From Clostridia bacterium (lineage in GTDB: Bacteria > Bacillota > Clostridia > Christensenellales > CAG-138): 64,000 nucleotides of DNA. The notes beneath the pieces were generated by a model that saw nothing but the letters and a program-made list of their open reading frames with translations, searched no databases and was not told where the DNA came from. Positions 1 to 10,048 of this stretch are shown one piece after another. The stretch lies in NCBI GenBank assembly GCA_017429985.1, contig JAFRNW010000019.1, positions 13,291-77,290 of the forward strand, written 5' to 3'. A program made the translations under genes and the position numbers. Each line of letters starts with the position of its first letter. Within the stretch, counting starts at the first letter, position 1.

Positions 1-583
1 TGCCCCCGCTCAGCCGGATCTCCAGGGACGGATTCAGATCCGCGGGGGACAGGAGCCCGTTCTGAAGAGGGAGATCTGCATAGCTCACGATCCGGAAGGA
101 CTGGTCGTAAAGGTGCATCGGCACGATATCCGATCTGGCCGATTCGTAGGATACGAAGCCGAAATCCGCGATCCCGCTGTCCATCATGTCATAGACCTCG
201 GAAGAATCGCAGATGTGGAGCTTCACCGAAATATCCGGGTTCTTTTCCAGGAAAGGGATCAGCCGCGGCTCGAGGTAATCGTAATATACGCTTTCGGGAG
301 CGGCGATCCGAAGGACCATCTGCGCGTTTTCCCCGATCAGTTCCGCTTCTTCAAACAGGTCCAGCCATCTCCTTGCCACGCTGGTGAATTCCTGGCCTTC
401 CCGGGTCAGTTCGATCTCGCGTCCGCCCCTGTTCCGGACAAAGAGCGGATAGCCAAGTTCCTGTTCGAGTTTTTTGATCTTTGTGCTTACAACGCTCTGG
501 GACATGGAGAGCTGCTCGGAAGCTTTTGTTATGTTTCTTGAACTGGCGGTTTCTAGAAACAATTCGATATCCTTGATCTGCAC
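1..583 (-). CDS. LysR-family transcriptional regulator (runs off the window start)
   Basis: Manual translation from GTG at 583: MQIKDIELFLETASSRNITKASEQLSMSQSVVSTKIKKLEQELGYPLFVRNRGGREIELTREG, a LysR HTH. Upstream RBS-like GAAAGGGGG. Confidence 0.85.
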   Translation of the reverse strand, partial: MQIKDIELFLETASSRNITKASEQLSMSQSVVSTKIKKLEQELGYPLFVRNRGGREIELTREGQEFTSVARRWLDLFEEAELIGENAQMVLRIAAPESVYYDYLEPRLIPFLEKNPDISVKLHICDSSEVYDMMDSGIADFGFVSYESARSDIVPMHLYDQSFRIVSYADLPLQNGLLSPADLNPSLEIRLSGG

Positions 584-725
584 CGGACGGCCCCCTTTCG
601 AAGAGAATAGAAGCAAAAAATCGGATACTGGCTGTCAAAAAGAAGAAATTATCCAGTTTTCCGATAATTTATCCATTATTTTTTCAAAAAAGGGAATATT
701 TGTCAATAGCAAACGGGTAAGTTGT

Positions 726-1760
726 TCAGGAATCGTGATCCGGCAGACAGATCCGGTATGCGGTCGGCAGAGAATGCAGATCGGGATCGAGAGAGAGCCA
801 GCCTTCAGGCAGGCGGTCCGCAAGGAGTGAAACGGAAACGGCAAACACTTTCATATGCCATTCCATATGGGTAAAGACATGTTTTCTGCTGTAGATGCGG
901 ATCTCCCCGGCAGGATTCAGGCCGTGCCCCTTCAGATAGGGAAGGAACGATTCATCCGGAAGAAACGAGACTTCGTCGGGAAGCTGATACAGACCCGCCA
1001 GAAGACCGTGTTCCGGCCGGCGGTAACCGAGATACTGGCCGTTCAGCGACAGAGCAAAAACGGTCTTGTTTTCCGTTCTCCGGGAGGGTTTGGACTGCTT
1101 TAACGGGTATTTCTGCTCGCTGCCGTTCTGATGGGCAGCGCAGTGGCTGTGCAGAGGACAGCCCCCACAGAGCGGGGCGCCGGACGGAAGGCAGACGGTC
1201 GCTCCCAGCTCCATCAGAGCCTGGTTGAAGGTTCCCGGCATATCGGGAGGGATGACCGATTTGAGGAATGTTTCCGCTTCCCTGCGGAAGGCGGGAGACT
1301 TGACGTCGGACGGATCCTCGTGCAGCCGCGCGAGCACGCGGAGCACGTTTCCGTCGACGGCGGGAACGGGAAGCCGGTAGGCGATGGACGCGATCGCGCC
1401 TGCCGTATAGCTGCCGATACCCGGAAGCGCGAGGAGCCCGTCGTAATCCGCCGGGAGAGCGCTTTTCCCGGAATCCGCGATGCGTTCCGCGGCACGCTTC
1501 ATGTTGCGCACGCGGCTGTAGTAACCCAGACCTTCCCAGAGTTTCAGAAGTTCGTCGTCGTCCGCCGACGCGAGAGAGGGGATATCGGGATACCGCTGGA
1601 TAAACCGCAGATAATAGGTTTTAACGGCCTCGACCCGCGTCTGCTGCAGCATGATCTCGCTGACCCATATCCTGTACGGGTCGGAGGTGCGCCGCCAGGG
1701 AAGATCCCGGGCGTTCTGCGTATACCATTCGGTCAGTTGAGGAACCCATTCGTTCTGCAT
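726..1760 (-). CDS. mutY: A/G-specific adenine DNA glycosylase MutY
   Basis: RDLPWR, VSEIMLQQT, WEGLGYYSR, HhH LPGIGSYTA, VDGNVLRV and Fe-S motif C-x6-C-x2-C-x5-C. Start taken at MQNEW (1760), not the ORF-track start. Confidence 0.95.
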   Translation of the reverse strand: MQNEWVPQLTEWYTQNARDLPWRRTSDPYRIWVSEIMLQQTRVEAVKTYYLRFIQRYPDIPSLASADDDELLKLWEGLGYYSRVRNMKRAAERIADSGKSALPADYDGLLALPGIGSYTAGAIASIAYRLPVPAVDGNVLRVLARLHEDPSDVKSPAFRREAETFLKSVIPPDMPGTFNQALMELGATVCLPSGAPLCGGCPLHSHCAAHQNGSEQKYPLKQSKPSRRTENKTVFALSLNGQYLGYRRPEHGLLAGLYQLPDEVSFLPDESFLPYLKGHGLNPAGEIRIYSRKHVFTHMEWHMKVFAVSVSLLADRLPEGWLSLDPDLHSLPTAYRICLPDHDS

Positions 1761-1832
1761 AGAAACAAGTATAACATACCGGAACCCTGTGCTATAATAA
1801 GAAACCGTGATTACAGGAAAAGAGGGACCGCC

Positions 1833-2396
1833 ATGAATTACACTGACATTACGAGACAGGCATCGGAAGCCATCCGGATCCTTCTGGATTCCGCCAAGCC
1901 CCGCAGGGGGGATATCTGCGTGATAGGATGCTCGACGAGCGAGGTCCGGGGCAGGATGATCGGGTCGGATTCCAGCGCGGACGTTGCGGCAGCGCTTCTC
2001 GACGGTATTCTCCCGCCGCTGGAAGAGGCAGGTGTATTTCTCGCAGCGCAGGGATGCGAGCATATCAACCGCGCGCTGTGCGTCAGCAGATCCTGCATGG
2101 AGAAGTACGGGCTTGAGCAGGTCTGCGTGGAACCCTGGCTGCATGCGGGCGGCGCGTTCGTGACGGAGGTCTTCGGAACGCTTCAGGACGCGGTCATGGT
2201 GGAGAATCTGCGTTCCGGAGCGGCGCTCGGGATGGATATCGGGGATACGCTGATCGGAATGCATCTGAGACCGGTGGCCGTTCCCGTTCACACGGCATTC
2301 CGGAAGATCGGGGAGGCCAATATCGTAATGGCGCGGACAAGGCCGAGGTATGTCGGAGGGCCGCGCGCGCATTACCCGGACGGAAGCGGCGCATAA
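1833..2396 (+). CDS. YwlG/UPF0340 (TIGR01440-like) protein
   Basis: VIGCSTSEV, QGCEHINRAL, HAGG, DIGDTLIGMHLRPVAVP and TRPRYVGGPRA motifs. AGAGGG RBS before ATG 1833. Confidence 0.88.
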   Translation: MNYTDITRQASEAIRILLDSAKPRRGDICVIGCSTSEVRGRMIGSDSSADVAAALLDGILPPLEEAGVFLAAQGCEHINRALCVSRSCMEKYGLEQVCVEPWLHAGGAFVTEVFGTLQDAVMVENLRSGAALGMDIGDTLIGMHLRPVAVPVHTAFRKIGEANIVMARTRPRYVGGPRAHYPDGSGA

Positions 2397-2455
2397 AAAG
2401 GTATCAAACGGCATCTTTTGTGTGTAACCCTTCCGGAATTGTATATATTTAGTAT

Positions 2456-2484
2456 TGGACAATTTCAAATACGTAATATATAAT
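2456..2484 (+). promoter_or_regulatory. sigmaA-type promoter for the raiA-motif RNA and zinc-ribbon gene
   Basis: TGGACA-17bp-TATAAT, ending 15 nt before the RNA motif. Confidence 0.7.
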
Positions 2485-2499
2485 GTAACAAGTATTTGC

Positions 2500-2700
2500 G
2501 CAGTGGGTCTGTGGTTGAAAGTCGAAGCCAGTCGCAGGCGAAACGATCCACGTAAGCGGGAAAATTTCCGTGATCATAGTGCGGCCTAGATGTAAGTCCA
2601 ACCGGAGCGATCCGAGAGAAGCAGTAGTGGGGAGCCGAACGGCTTAGGAGCGAACCTTCCAGTTGGCGGGTGTGGGGGTAAAAGCCAGGTCAGACACTGC
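2500..2700 (+). ncRNA. raiA-motif structured noncoding RNA
   Basis: Contains blocks I recognise from the raiA RNA consensus: TGTGGTTGAAAGTCGA.GCCAGTCGCAGGC.AAACGATCCACGTAAG, GTGCGGC.TAGA.GTAAGTCC, AGCGAA.CTTCCAG and GTGTGGGG...AAA..CCAGGTCA. Closed by a GCAGTG...CACTGC terminal helix; about 200 nt. Confidence 0.88.
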
Positions 2701-2747
2701 CGGATACTGATAATCATCAGCCTGACAGGCCAAAAGGGGAAAGAGAC

Positions 2748-3026
2748 ATGTTCGAAGACAAAGTGTTGGTGTGCAAAGATTGTGGCGCGGAGTTCGTCTT
2801 TACCGCAGGAGAGCAGGAGTTCTACGCGGAAAAAGGATTCCAGAATGAACCCGTCCGCTGCAAAGCTTGCCGTGCTGCCCGCAAGACTCAGCGTGGCGGC
2901 GAGCGTGAGATGTTTGATGCAGTTTGCGCGGAATGTGGAAAACCCACAAAGGTTCCGTTCCAGCCCCGCAACGACAGACCCGTTTACTGCAGCGAATGCT
3001 TCCAGAAGCATAAGGGCATGAACTGA
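2748..3026 (+). CDS. Small double zinc-ribbon protein (CxxC-x17-CxxC domain)
   Basis: CKDC...FTAGEQEFYAEKGF...CKAC, then CAECG...PF.P...RPVYCSEC. Confidence 0.9.
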   Translation: MFEDKVLVCKDCGAEFVFTAGEQEFYAEKGFQNEPVRCKACRAARKTQRGGEREMFDAVCAECGKPTKVPFQPRNDRPVYCSECFQKHKGMN

Positions 3027-3056
3027 ACAGATCCGCATAAATAGGCAAGACGCTAG

Positions 3057-3082
3057 AAAGGCATCCGTTCGGATGCCTTTTT
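3057..3082. terminator. Bidirectional intrinsic terminator
   Basis: AAAGGCATCC-GTTC-GGATGCCTTTTT between convergent genes. Confidence 0.8.
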
Positions 3083-3090
3083 AGGTTGCG

Positions 3091-3963
3091 TTATTTCTGG
3101 TGTTTCTGACTGCCTTCTTCATAGGGGATTTCCAGCGGGACATCCTCGATCCGCCAGTTATCGGTCGAAGGGATCTCTCCTGAAACAAGGCTGACGCGCT
3201 CTTCCGGCCGTTCCGACAGAACAAGCGCCTCCCGGATCGCGGCGGTCTCGGAATCGTCCGGATCCCCTTCCCGGATCTCGACTTCCGTACCGTAGCCGAG
3301 GTTGTAGAAAATGAACCGCGCGTCCGGAACGGTAAGCCGGATACATCCGTGGGAGTCAGGCGTTCCGAGCGCGTCGTAGGTAGATTCGATGTAGGTGTCC
3401 GCGTTCCGTTCCGAGTAGAGAAGGGAATGGAAATAGATCCTGCCCTTGATCAGCGTCCAGTACTGGCCGTAGGTCCTGTCCTTTTGAAAGAAGCCGAACC
3501 GCACGCGGTACCGGAGCAGATGAAAGGTCCCGCAGGGGGTCGATCCTTTCAGTCCGGACGAACAGAGCATGTATCGGACCGGCACCGTATAATTGCCGGA
3601 GCCGTCCTTTCCGTAGACCATCACGACCTGATGGCAGAGATCCACCACGACACGGTAGGTGTCGGGCGAGGGGTATCCGAGCGGGAGATCGTAATTGCCG
3701 TTGTCTCCGACCAGTTCCTCGAAGGACATTCGGGTCGTGGGGGCGTAATAGGACAGAGGAACGGCAGTGGGTTCCGGGGTCGGGGAGGCGGTAGGTTCGG
3801 GAGAAGGCGGAACCGGGGAGGGTGTGACCGGAACGGGTGTGAGCGTCGGGACTTGCGTGGCGATTTCAGCAGGAACGGAAGGAACCGCAGACCTGCAGGC
3901 TGCGGCACAGAAAAGCGCCGCAGCGGAACAGCAGACCAATAATATGTAGCGGAGACGGTTCAT
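3091..3963 (-). CDS. L,D-transpeptidase (YkuD family), secreted or lipoprotein
   Basis: Signal peptide, Pro/Thr linker, then IYFHS...SHGCIRL catalytic motif. Confidence 0.88.
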   Translation of the reverse strand: MNRLRYILLVCCSAAALFCAAACRSAVPSVPAEIATQVPTLTPVPVTPSPVPPSPEPTASPTPEPTAVPLSYYAPTTRMSFEELVGDNGNYDLPLGYPSPDTYRVVVDLCHQVVMVYGKDGSGNYTVPVRYMLCSSGLKGSTPCGTFHLLRYRVRFGFFQKDRTYGQYWTLIKGRIYFHSLLYSERNADTYIESTYDALGTPDSHGCIRLTVPDARFIFYNLGYGTEVEIREGDPDDSETAAIREALVLSERPEERVSLVSGEIPSTDNWRIEDVPLEIPYEEGSQKHQK

Positions 3964-4559
3964 CCGAGCAGACGTCTGCCTTCCAGAGCTTTCGCGAGCG
4001 TTACTTCGTCGGTATATTCGAGATTGCCGCCGATCGGAATGCCGTGGGCGATCCTAGTGCACGTGATGCCCATAGGTTTCAGAAGCCTCGCAATGTAGGA
4101 AGCGGTCGCCTCCCCCTCCACGTCGGGATTGGTGGCGAGAATCACTTCTTTCACGGTGCCGTCGCTGACGCGCTCCACCAGTTCGCGGATGCGGATATCG
4201 TTTGGACCGATGCCTTCCATCGGCGAAAGCACACCGTGCAGCACATGATACTTTCCGCGGAACTCGCGGACTTTTTCCATGGCTGCCACGTCGCGCGGGT
4301 CACAGACAACGCAGATGACGGAACCGTCACGCCTGTCGTCCGAGCAGATTCTGCAGGGAACGACGTCCGTATACGTTCCGCAGACGGGACAGTTGCATAC
4401 GTTCTCACGTGCTTCCGTAATGGCGTCCGCCAGTTCTTTCGCCTGCGCTTCCGGTACGCTCAGGATATGATACGCAAGCCGCTGTGCGGTCTTTCTTCCG
4501 ATGCCCGGAAGGCGCGAAAGCTGCGTCGTCAGTTTTTCGATCGGTTCGATGGTGATCAC
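3960..4559 (-). CDS. recR: Recombination mediator RecR
   Basis: [14 protein letters not shown]4 zinc finger, Toprim [12 protein letters not shown]; conserved dnaX-ybaB-recR synteny. Confidence 0.97.
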   Translation of the reverse strand: MITIEPIEKLTTQLSRLPGIGRKTAQRLAYHILSVPEAQAKELADAITEARENVCNCPVCGTYTDVVPCRICSDDRRDGSVICVVCDPRDVAAMEKVREFRGKYHVLHGVLSPMEGIGPNDIRIRELVERVSDGTVKEVILATNPDVEGEATASYIARLLKPMGITCTRIAHGIPIGGNLEYTDEVTLAKALEGRRLLG

Positions 4560-4575
4560 GGGACGCTCCTGCCTG

Positions 4576-4911
4576 TCAGAAACCGAGGTTCATTCCGGTG
4601 ATTTTGCCCATCACGCGCTCCGCTTCTTCGGAAGCCTTGCGCATGGCTTCGTTTACCGCAGCGCAGACAAGATCCTGCAGCATTTCCACATCGTCGGGAT
4701 CCACACACGCCGGGTTGATCGTGATGGATTTCAGCTCCCGGCCTCCGGTGACCGTCGCGGAAACCATTCCGCCGCCCGCGTCAGCCGAGAACTCCCTTGC
4801 CTGCAGTTCTTCCTGCGACCGCTGCATGTCGGCCTGCATTTTCTGGGCCTGACGCATCAGCTGCTGCATGTTGGCCCCGCCCATTCCGGGGAATCCGCCG
4901 CCTTTTGCCAT
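4576..4911 (-). CDS. ybaB: YbaB/EbfC nucleoid-associated protein
   Basis: [12 protein letters not shown]...AGGGMV...[12 protein letters not shown]. Confidence 0.95.
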   Translation of the reverse strand: MAKGGGFPGMGGANMQQLMRQAQKMQADMQRSQEELQAREFSADAGGGMVSATVTGGRELKSITINPACVDPDDVEMLQDLVCAAVNEAMRKASEEAERVMGKITGMNLGF

Positions 4912-4973
4912 ATCTGTTCTCCTGTGTTTTCCAAAAAGTAGTGTTTCAAGTCCCTCCGGACCGGTATCTGCCG

Positions 4974-6623
4974 TTATTCTTCTATCGTCAGTTTGTCTCC
5001 GAATTCCGCCCGGAGACGGGCTTCCGTTTCGTCGGAAACCGGCTGACGGGTGGTCAGTACGGTAGCGAGTCTTGTGCCCGGCCGCACCTCTTCCAGAGCA
5101 CGGCTGATTTTATCCTGATGGGTTTTCGTGTTGACGATATTATACAGCGCCTCCCTGCTTTTGTCATATCCGACGGTCAGCACATTGTTCTGCAGGGACT
5201 GCGGGAAAGCATGTGAAAGAAATTCGACTTCCAGCGGGTTGTTCCTTTCCACCGCCATCAGGACCGCGTTCCATACCGCTTCCGCGCCGGCGTCGTTCCT
5301 CAGCGGTGCGGAACGGAGTTCCGGCGCTTTTTCCGTGCGCAGCGCGGGGGGGGCGGGAGAGATATCCGCGGGCGTCTGAACGGCAGAATCTTCCGCGGGG
5401 TCCGCAGGACCGGGACCCGCCGAGGGACCGGGAGAAGGCGGAACGGGCGCGAGAACGGCTGCTCCGGAAGCAAGCGCCGAGAGCTGCTTTTCAAGAAGGG
5501 CGATCCTGGTTTCAAGGTTTGAGACCGAGACAGCCGCTTCCGGGTGACAGATGCGCACGAGAGCCGATTCCAGCGGAATGCGCGGGGAGAGGAAATACCG
5601 GAGTTCGCTGCGTACCCGGAGGAGCGTTTCCAGAGACGACAGAAGCCAGCTTCCGGACGCTTTTTCCGCCTGGCGCAGATAACGGTCCATCAGCTCCGGG
5701 GTGCATTCCAGAATGTCCTCGCATCTGCCGCATGTTTTTGCGAGCAGCAGCGAACGGAAATGACCCGCAAGATCCTGGCAGAAGACGGGAAGCGTTCTTC
5801 CGCTGCGGACGACTTTATCCAGCATCTGAAGGGTTTTGTCCGCGTTCAGGGCGATGAGTTCTTCCGAAAGCTGAAACAGGAAATTCTGTTCCATGCTTCC
5901 GAGGATGTCGTTGACATCCGCGCTTGTGATGGTTCCCCCGCAGAACGAGAGACACTGATCTGCGAGGGAAAGCGCGTCGCGCATGCTTCCTTCCGCCGCG
6001 TGCGCGATGATAGAGAGCGCCTCGTCATCCGCTTGTGCGTTTGCCTGGTTCAGAACGCTTCTCAGGTTCGATTCGATATCCGCGGCCGTAAGCCGGTGGA
6101 AATCAAACCGCTGGCATCTGGAGATGATCGTGGCGGGAATCTTCTGCGGCTCCGTTGTCGCGAGTATGAATACGACGTGGGAAGGCGGTTCCTCGAGCGT
6201 TTTCAGAAGCGCGTTGAAGGCGGGACCGGTGATCATATGCGCCTCGTCTATGATGAAGACCCTCTTTTTCAGTTCGAGCGGGGTGTACTGCGCCTTTTCG
6301 ATCAGGCTTCTGACGTTGTCGACGCCGTTGTTGGTGGCGGCGTCCATTTCGACGATATCCGGACAGTCCTGCCTGGCGGAGCGTACGCACGCCCGGCAGA
6401 CGCCGCAGGGTTCTCCCCCGACGGGACTTTCGCAGTTGAGGGCGCGGGCGAATATTTTGGCGGTGCTGGTTTTGCCGGTTCCCCGGGAACCGCAGAACAG
6501 ATAGGCGTGCGCCACATGTTCCGCCGAGATCTGGTTCTGCAGAATCGTCGTGATGTGCGACTGCCCGATCACTTCCTGAAATAGCTTTGGACGGTATTCA
6601 CGGTATAATGCGCGGTATGCCAT
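4974..6623 (-). CDS. dnaX: DNA polymerase III gamma/tau subunit
   Basis: YRALYREYRP, GSRGTGKTS, IIDEAHM, LLKTLEEPP, TIISRCQRF. Confidence 0.97.
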   Translation of the reverse strand: MAYRALYREYRPKLFQEVIGQSHITTILQNQISAEHVAHAYLFCGSRGTGKTSTAKIFARALNCESPVGGEPCGVCRACVRSARQDCPDIVEMDAATNNGVDNVRSLIEKAQYTPLELKKRVFIIDEAHMITGPAFNALLKTLEEPPSHVVFILATTEPQKIPATIISRCQRFDFHRLTAADIESNLRSVLNQANAQADDEALSIIAHAAEGSMRDALSLADQCLSFCGGTITSADVNDILGSMEQNFLFQLSEELIALNADKTLQMLDKVVRSGRTLPVFCQDLAGHFRSLLLAKTCGRCEDILECTPELMDRYLRQAEKASGSWLLSSLETLLRVRSELRYFLSPRIPLESALVRICHPEAAVSVSNLETRIALLEKQLSALASGAAVLAPVPPSPGPSAGPGPADPAEDSAVQTPADISPAPPALRTEKAPELRSAPLRNDAGAEAVWNAVLMAVERNNPLEVEFLSHAFPQSLQNNVLTVGYDKSREALYNIVNTKTHQDKISRALEEVRPGTRLATVLTTRQPVSDETEARLRAEFGDKLTIEE

Positions 6624-6722
6624 TCGGTTGCCCTTTCCTTCAGCAGCAGATGATATTTAATCATACCATAGTTTCCCGATTCAGGACAGTTTCCAATTCC
6701 GGGCGCAAGGGAAAATGCGCAT

Positions 6723-6754
6723 AAAAAAGGAACCGTTCCGGGAGGAACGGTTCC
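6723..6754 (-). terminator. Intrinsic terminator of the symporter gene
   Basis: GGAACCGTTCC...GGAACGGTTCC hairpin with an A-run on + (U-tract on -). Confidence 0.75.
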
Positions 6755-6790
6755 GTGTCGTTTCGGGATACTGTCAGACTATTTCATGCA

Positions 6791-8281
6791 TTACATGGGC
6801 TGCTGCTCGGCAGCGATGACCTTAGCGGCTTCTTCATCCGAGAGATAAGCGGACGGCGCGGGTTCGACACCCCTCGCCCACTCGATCCAGTTGACGACGA
6901 AGAACGTGATGACGGAGACAAGGCTTCCGAATACAACGGGCATCAGGTAGGTGTTGACGCTCGGGAGCAACTGCCAGACGATAAATCCGATCGTACCGGT
7001 GATGATGGAGAAGAGACCGGAATTCTTGGTCGCCTTCGGAACAACAAGGCCGAGCGCATAAGCGGAGAACGGACCTGCGCAGCGGATACCGAATGCGAAG
7101 GTGTTCAGCGCGATAATGCTGCCGGCGATGCCGAGCAGCTGGATCGCCATGGCGATTAAAGCACCGATGACGTTGCTGAAACGTGTCCAGAAGATGATCT
7201 GTTTTTCGGAGAGCTGCTTCTTTCCGCCAAAGCCCTTGTAAAGGTCGTTGATGATCATCGTGGACATGCACAGCAGGTTGGAGTCAGCAGAGGACATCGT
7301 CGCGCAGATGATAGCTGCGGAGATAAGACCTGTGATTAAGCCCGGTGCATATGTTCCAGTGACCATCATCATGGCATTGGAACCATTTTCCGCGATGCCG
7401 GGGATCTGATCCTTGAGCGCGAACGCAGCAAGACCGAGCAGGGTCGGGAAGATGGACATGGCAGCCATCAGCACAGCAGAGAGGAAAGACGCATTGCGTG
7501 CGGTCTTCTCGTCCTTCGCAGTCTCGAAACGGGTTACCATTTCCGGTCCTACGAGGAATGTGCAGATGTACTGGAAGATGTATCCGATGATGGATGCCCA
7601 GCCGATCTGCGTGAAGTTCAGCTTCTCGCCCGGCAGTTTCGCAGCGATGGCACCCCAGCCGCCTGCATTTTTGAGGACGATGGGGGTCGCGATTGCGAGA
7701 CCTACGAGGATGATGATGAACTGGACCAAGTCGGAGATCTGGTCAGCGATCATGCCGCCGAGCGTCGTGTACAGAATGATGACGATACCGGCGAAGATCA
7801 GGCAGACATTCAGCGGGATCGACGGGATCAGGGCGCTGATGACGGAGCCGGATGCCAGGATCTGGGACGAAGTCAGGCAGAACAGCGAGAACACGGACAG
7901 GATCGCCGTGAAGTTGGAGGAGAGCTTGCCGAAACGGCGGCCTACAACTTCGGGGATCGTGATAGCCAGCGTTTTACGGATCTTCGGCGCGAAGTAGGCG
8001 AGCGGGATCATGGCGATCGAGCATGCCAGAACATACCAGCATGCGGACAGGCCCCAGTTGCCGAACGCTTTCTGCGCGACGCCGGTGGTGCAGCCGCCGC
8101 CGATATTGTTCGCGGACAGAGAGAATGCAACCATGAACAGACCCATACGACGGCCTGCTACCAAGTAGTCTTTAGAGTTTTTGATCTTCAGCTTGCTTAC
8201 AAAGAAGCCGACGACCAACATGCCGACCAGATATGCCACTACGATAATGAGCGGAACAATTTGGATCTGCATACCTTCCAT
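6791..8281 (-). CDS. Sodium:solute symporter (SSS family)
   Basis: About 13 hydrophobic segments; DYLVAGR, YTTLGG, ATMSSADS. GGGAGG RBS before ATG 8281. Confidence 0.9.
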   Translation of the reverse strand: MEGMQIQIVPLIIVVAYLVGMLVVGFFVSKLKIKNSKDYLVAGRRMGLFMVAFSLSANNIGGGCTTGVAQKAFGNWGLSACWYVLACSIAMIPLAYFAPKIRKTLAITIPEVVGRRFGKLSSNFTAILSVFSLFCLTSSQILASGSVISALIPSIPLNVCLIFAGIVIILYTTLGGMIADQISDLVQFIIILVGLAIATPIVLKNAGGWGAIAAKLPGEKLNFTQIGWASIIGYIFQYICTFLVGPEMVTRFETAKDEKTARNASFLSAVLMAAMSIFPTLLGLAAFALKDQIPGIAENGSNAMMMVTGTYAPGLITGLISAAIICATMSSADSNLLCMSTMIINDLYKGFGGKKQLSEKQIIFWTRFSNVIGALIAMAIQLLGIAGSIIALNTFAFGIRCAGPFSAYALGLVVPKATKNSGLFSIITGTIGFIVWQLLPSVNTYLMPVVFGSLVSVITFFVVNWIEWARGVEPAPSAYLSDEEAAKVIAAEQQPM

Positions 8282-8349
8282 AAAAATACCTCCCATTAGA
8301 TTTGTTGTAGAAAAGTGTTTTCCGACATATTTTCCCGAATCTAAACCAT

Positions 8350-8378
8350 ATTATACATACCAATCGCGCGTTTGTAAA
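8350..8378 (-). promoter_or_regulatory. sigmaA-type promoter of the symporter
   Basis: TTTACA-17bp-TATAAT on the - strand, with TG before the -10. Confidence 0.65.
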
Positions 8379-8462
8379 AGATTTTGTATATGATCATACA
8401 GAAATGCGTGCCCCCGTTTTTCCACGCATGCGCCGAAAGGCGGGGATGACAGATTTTTTCCG

Positions 8463-8924
8463 TTATATGATGAAATAGGGAACGGCGTTTTCCGCGTTCC
8501 CGTACAGGGGAACATCCGCAACATCGATGACCGGATATCCGCGTTCCAGCAGGAGCTGTGCTGTTATGCCGGAGCCCGGGATCTTCCTGCCGCGGAAGGA
8601 TCCGTCGTAGATCTCACGGACGCCGCAGCTCGGGCTCCTGGACTGCAGGATGATCAGGTCGGGCTTTTCTTCCTCCGCGAGTTTCAGAACGGCCTGTGCG
8701 CCGAGACGGAATTCCGCGTCGACCGACCTGCCGGTCCTGTCCCGGACGGTTCCGTTCACGATTTCCGCGGGCTCGCGCGGGATCGGGAGTCCGCCGAGGA
8801 TCTCGGGGCAGACGGGGATCACGGCGTGTCCCCGGAGGAACGCCGACAACGGTTCAGAGAAGTTGCTTCCGCCGCTGTATTTCACCTTTTCGCCTATGAG
8901 GCAGGCGCTGACCATGATCTTCAT
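8463..8924 (-). CDS. DUF523 family protein (2-thiouracil desulfurase-like)
   Basis: VSACLIG, PVCPEILGGLPIPREPAEI, LQSRSPSCG. Confidence 0.88.
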   Translation of the reverse strand: MKIMVSACLIGEKVKYSGGSNFSEPLSAFLRGHAVIPVCPEILGGLPIPREPAEIVNGTVRDRTGRSVDAEFRLGAQAVLKLAEEEKPDLIILQSRSPSCGVREIYDGSFRGRKIPGSGITAQLLLERGYPVIDVADVPLYGNAENAVPYFII

Positions 8925-9203
8925 ACAGGATCCCCTTTCGTGAGGATGATGATTCTGATTATAGTACTTCCTGCGCGGGCAGGAAAAGTCCGACCGGAAC
9001 AGGACGCCCGATCATAACCTTCTGATCATAAAAAACAGCACGACCCGATTGCGGCAGGAGGAAGATTTTGAGATAATAAAATCGGAAGGATATGGCGCCG
9101 AATGATCCCGACTCCGCTAGCGCGGGAAGACGGCTGCCGCCCGTGTGTCAGAAGGATGCGCGGTCAAGACTCCTGAAATACTGAACCGGTAAGAGGAAGA
9201 AAC

Positions 9204-9911
9204 ATGATTATTGCAGGTCTGCAGAAGCTCAGCCTTGTGGATTTTCCCGGAAGAGTCGCCTCCACCGTATTCACGGGGGGATGCAATCTGAGATGTCCGT
9301 TCTGTCACAACAGCGGTCTGCTCGAAGCGCCGCCGGCCGTGATGACGCCCGAGGAGTTTTTCGGGTTCCTTTCCGGACGGAAGGGAAAGATCGACGGCGT
9401 GTGCATTACGGGGGGAGAGCCCTGCCTGCAGCCCGATCTGTGCGATTTCATGAAGCAGATCAAGACGGCGGGATTCGCGGTGAAGCTGGATACAAACGGA
9501 TGTTTTCCGAAACACCTTGAGAAAGCGCTGAGTCAGAACGTGGTTGATTATGTGGCGGTCGACGTGAAAAACGGGCCCGAGCAGTACGCCGCGACAACCG
9601 GAACGGAACGGTTCGATACGGACAATCTGCTCAGGAGCATCGAACTGCTACTGACGTCCTCGGTTCCGTTCGAACTGAGGACGACGGTCGTCGAGCCGCT
9701 GCATACGGCGGAATCCGTGAGGTCGATCCGCACCATGCTTGAACCGCTGACAGCGCGGACCGGACGGAAGATCCCGGAGTATTATCTGCAGCCGTTTGTG
9801 GACCGGGACAGCGTTCCTTTTGCGGGGCTGAAGGCGCCGGAGAGGGAAAAACTGGCGGAATATGCGGAGATTCTGGCCCCGGTGACCGAAAAAATCAGAA
9901 TCCGCGGATAA
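9204..9911 (+). CDS. nrdG: Anaerobic ribonucleotide reductase activase (radical SAM)
   Basis: CNLRCPFCHN radical SAM motif, ITGGEP, KLDTNG; adjacent to nrdD. Confidence 0.92.
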   Translation: MIIAGLQKLSLVDFPGRVASTVFTGGCNLRCPFCHNSGLLEAPPAVMTPEEFFGFLSGRKGKIDGVCITGGEPCLQPDLCDFMKQIKTAGFAVKLDTNGCFPKHLEKALSQNVVDYVAVDVKNGPEQYAATTGTERFDTDNLLRSIELLLTSSVPFELRTTVVEPLHTAESVRSIRTMLEPLTARTGRKIPEYYLQPFVDRDSVPFAGLKAPEREKLAEYAEILAPVTEKIRIRG

Positions 9912-9956
9912 CTATATCTTGTGGTCATTTATGAATAATCTGTCAATATCTTGTAT
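9909..9956 (+). promoter_or_regulatory. Tandem NrdR boxes
   Basis: TAACTATATCTTGTGG (9909-9924) and TGTCAATATCTTGTAT (9941-9956) match acaCwAtATaTwGtg and start 32 bp apart. Confidence 0.8.
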
Positions 9957-9963
9957 TTTCTCG

Positions 9964-9992
9964 TTGACATGGCATGGAAACGTTGCTATACT
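9964..9992 (+). promoter_or_regulatory. sigmaA promoter of nrdD
   Basis: TTGACA-17bp-TATACT. Confidence 0.85.
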
Positions 9993-10048
9993 ATGCTACG
10001 GTCAAAGCCGATTGGCGGGCTTATAGAGGAATGTGAGGGGTAAAAACA

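Noticed and set aside
1761-2468. 235-aa N-terminal extension of MutY in the ORF track
   Set aside because: It is the antisense of the ywlG-like gene; MutY homology starts at 1760.
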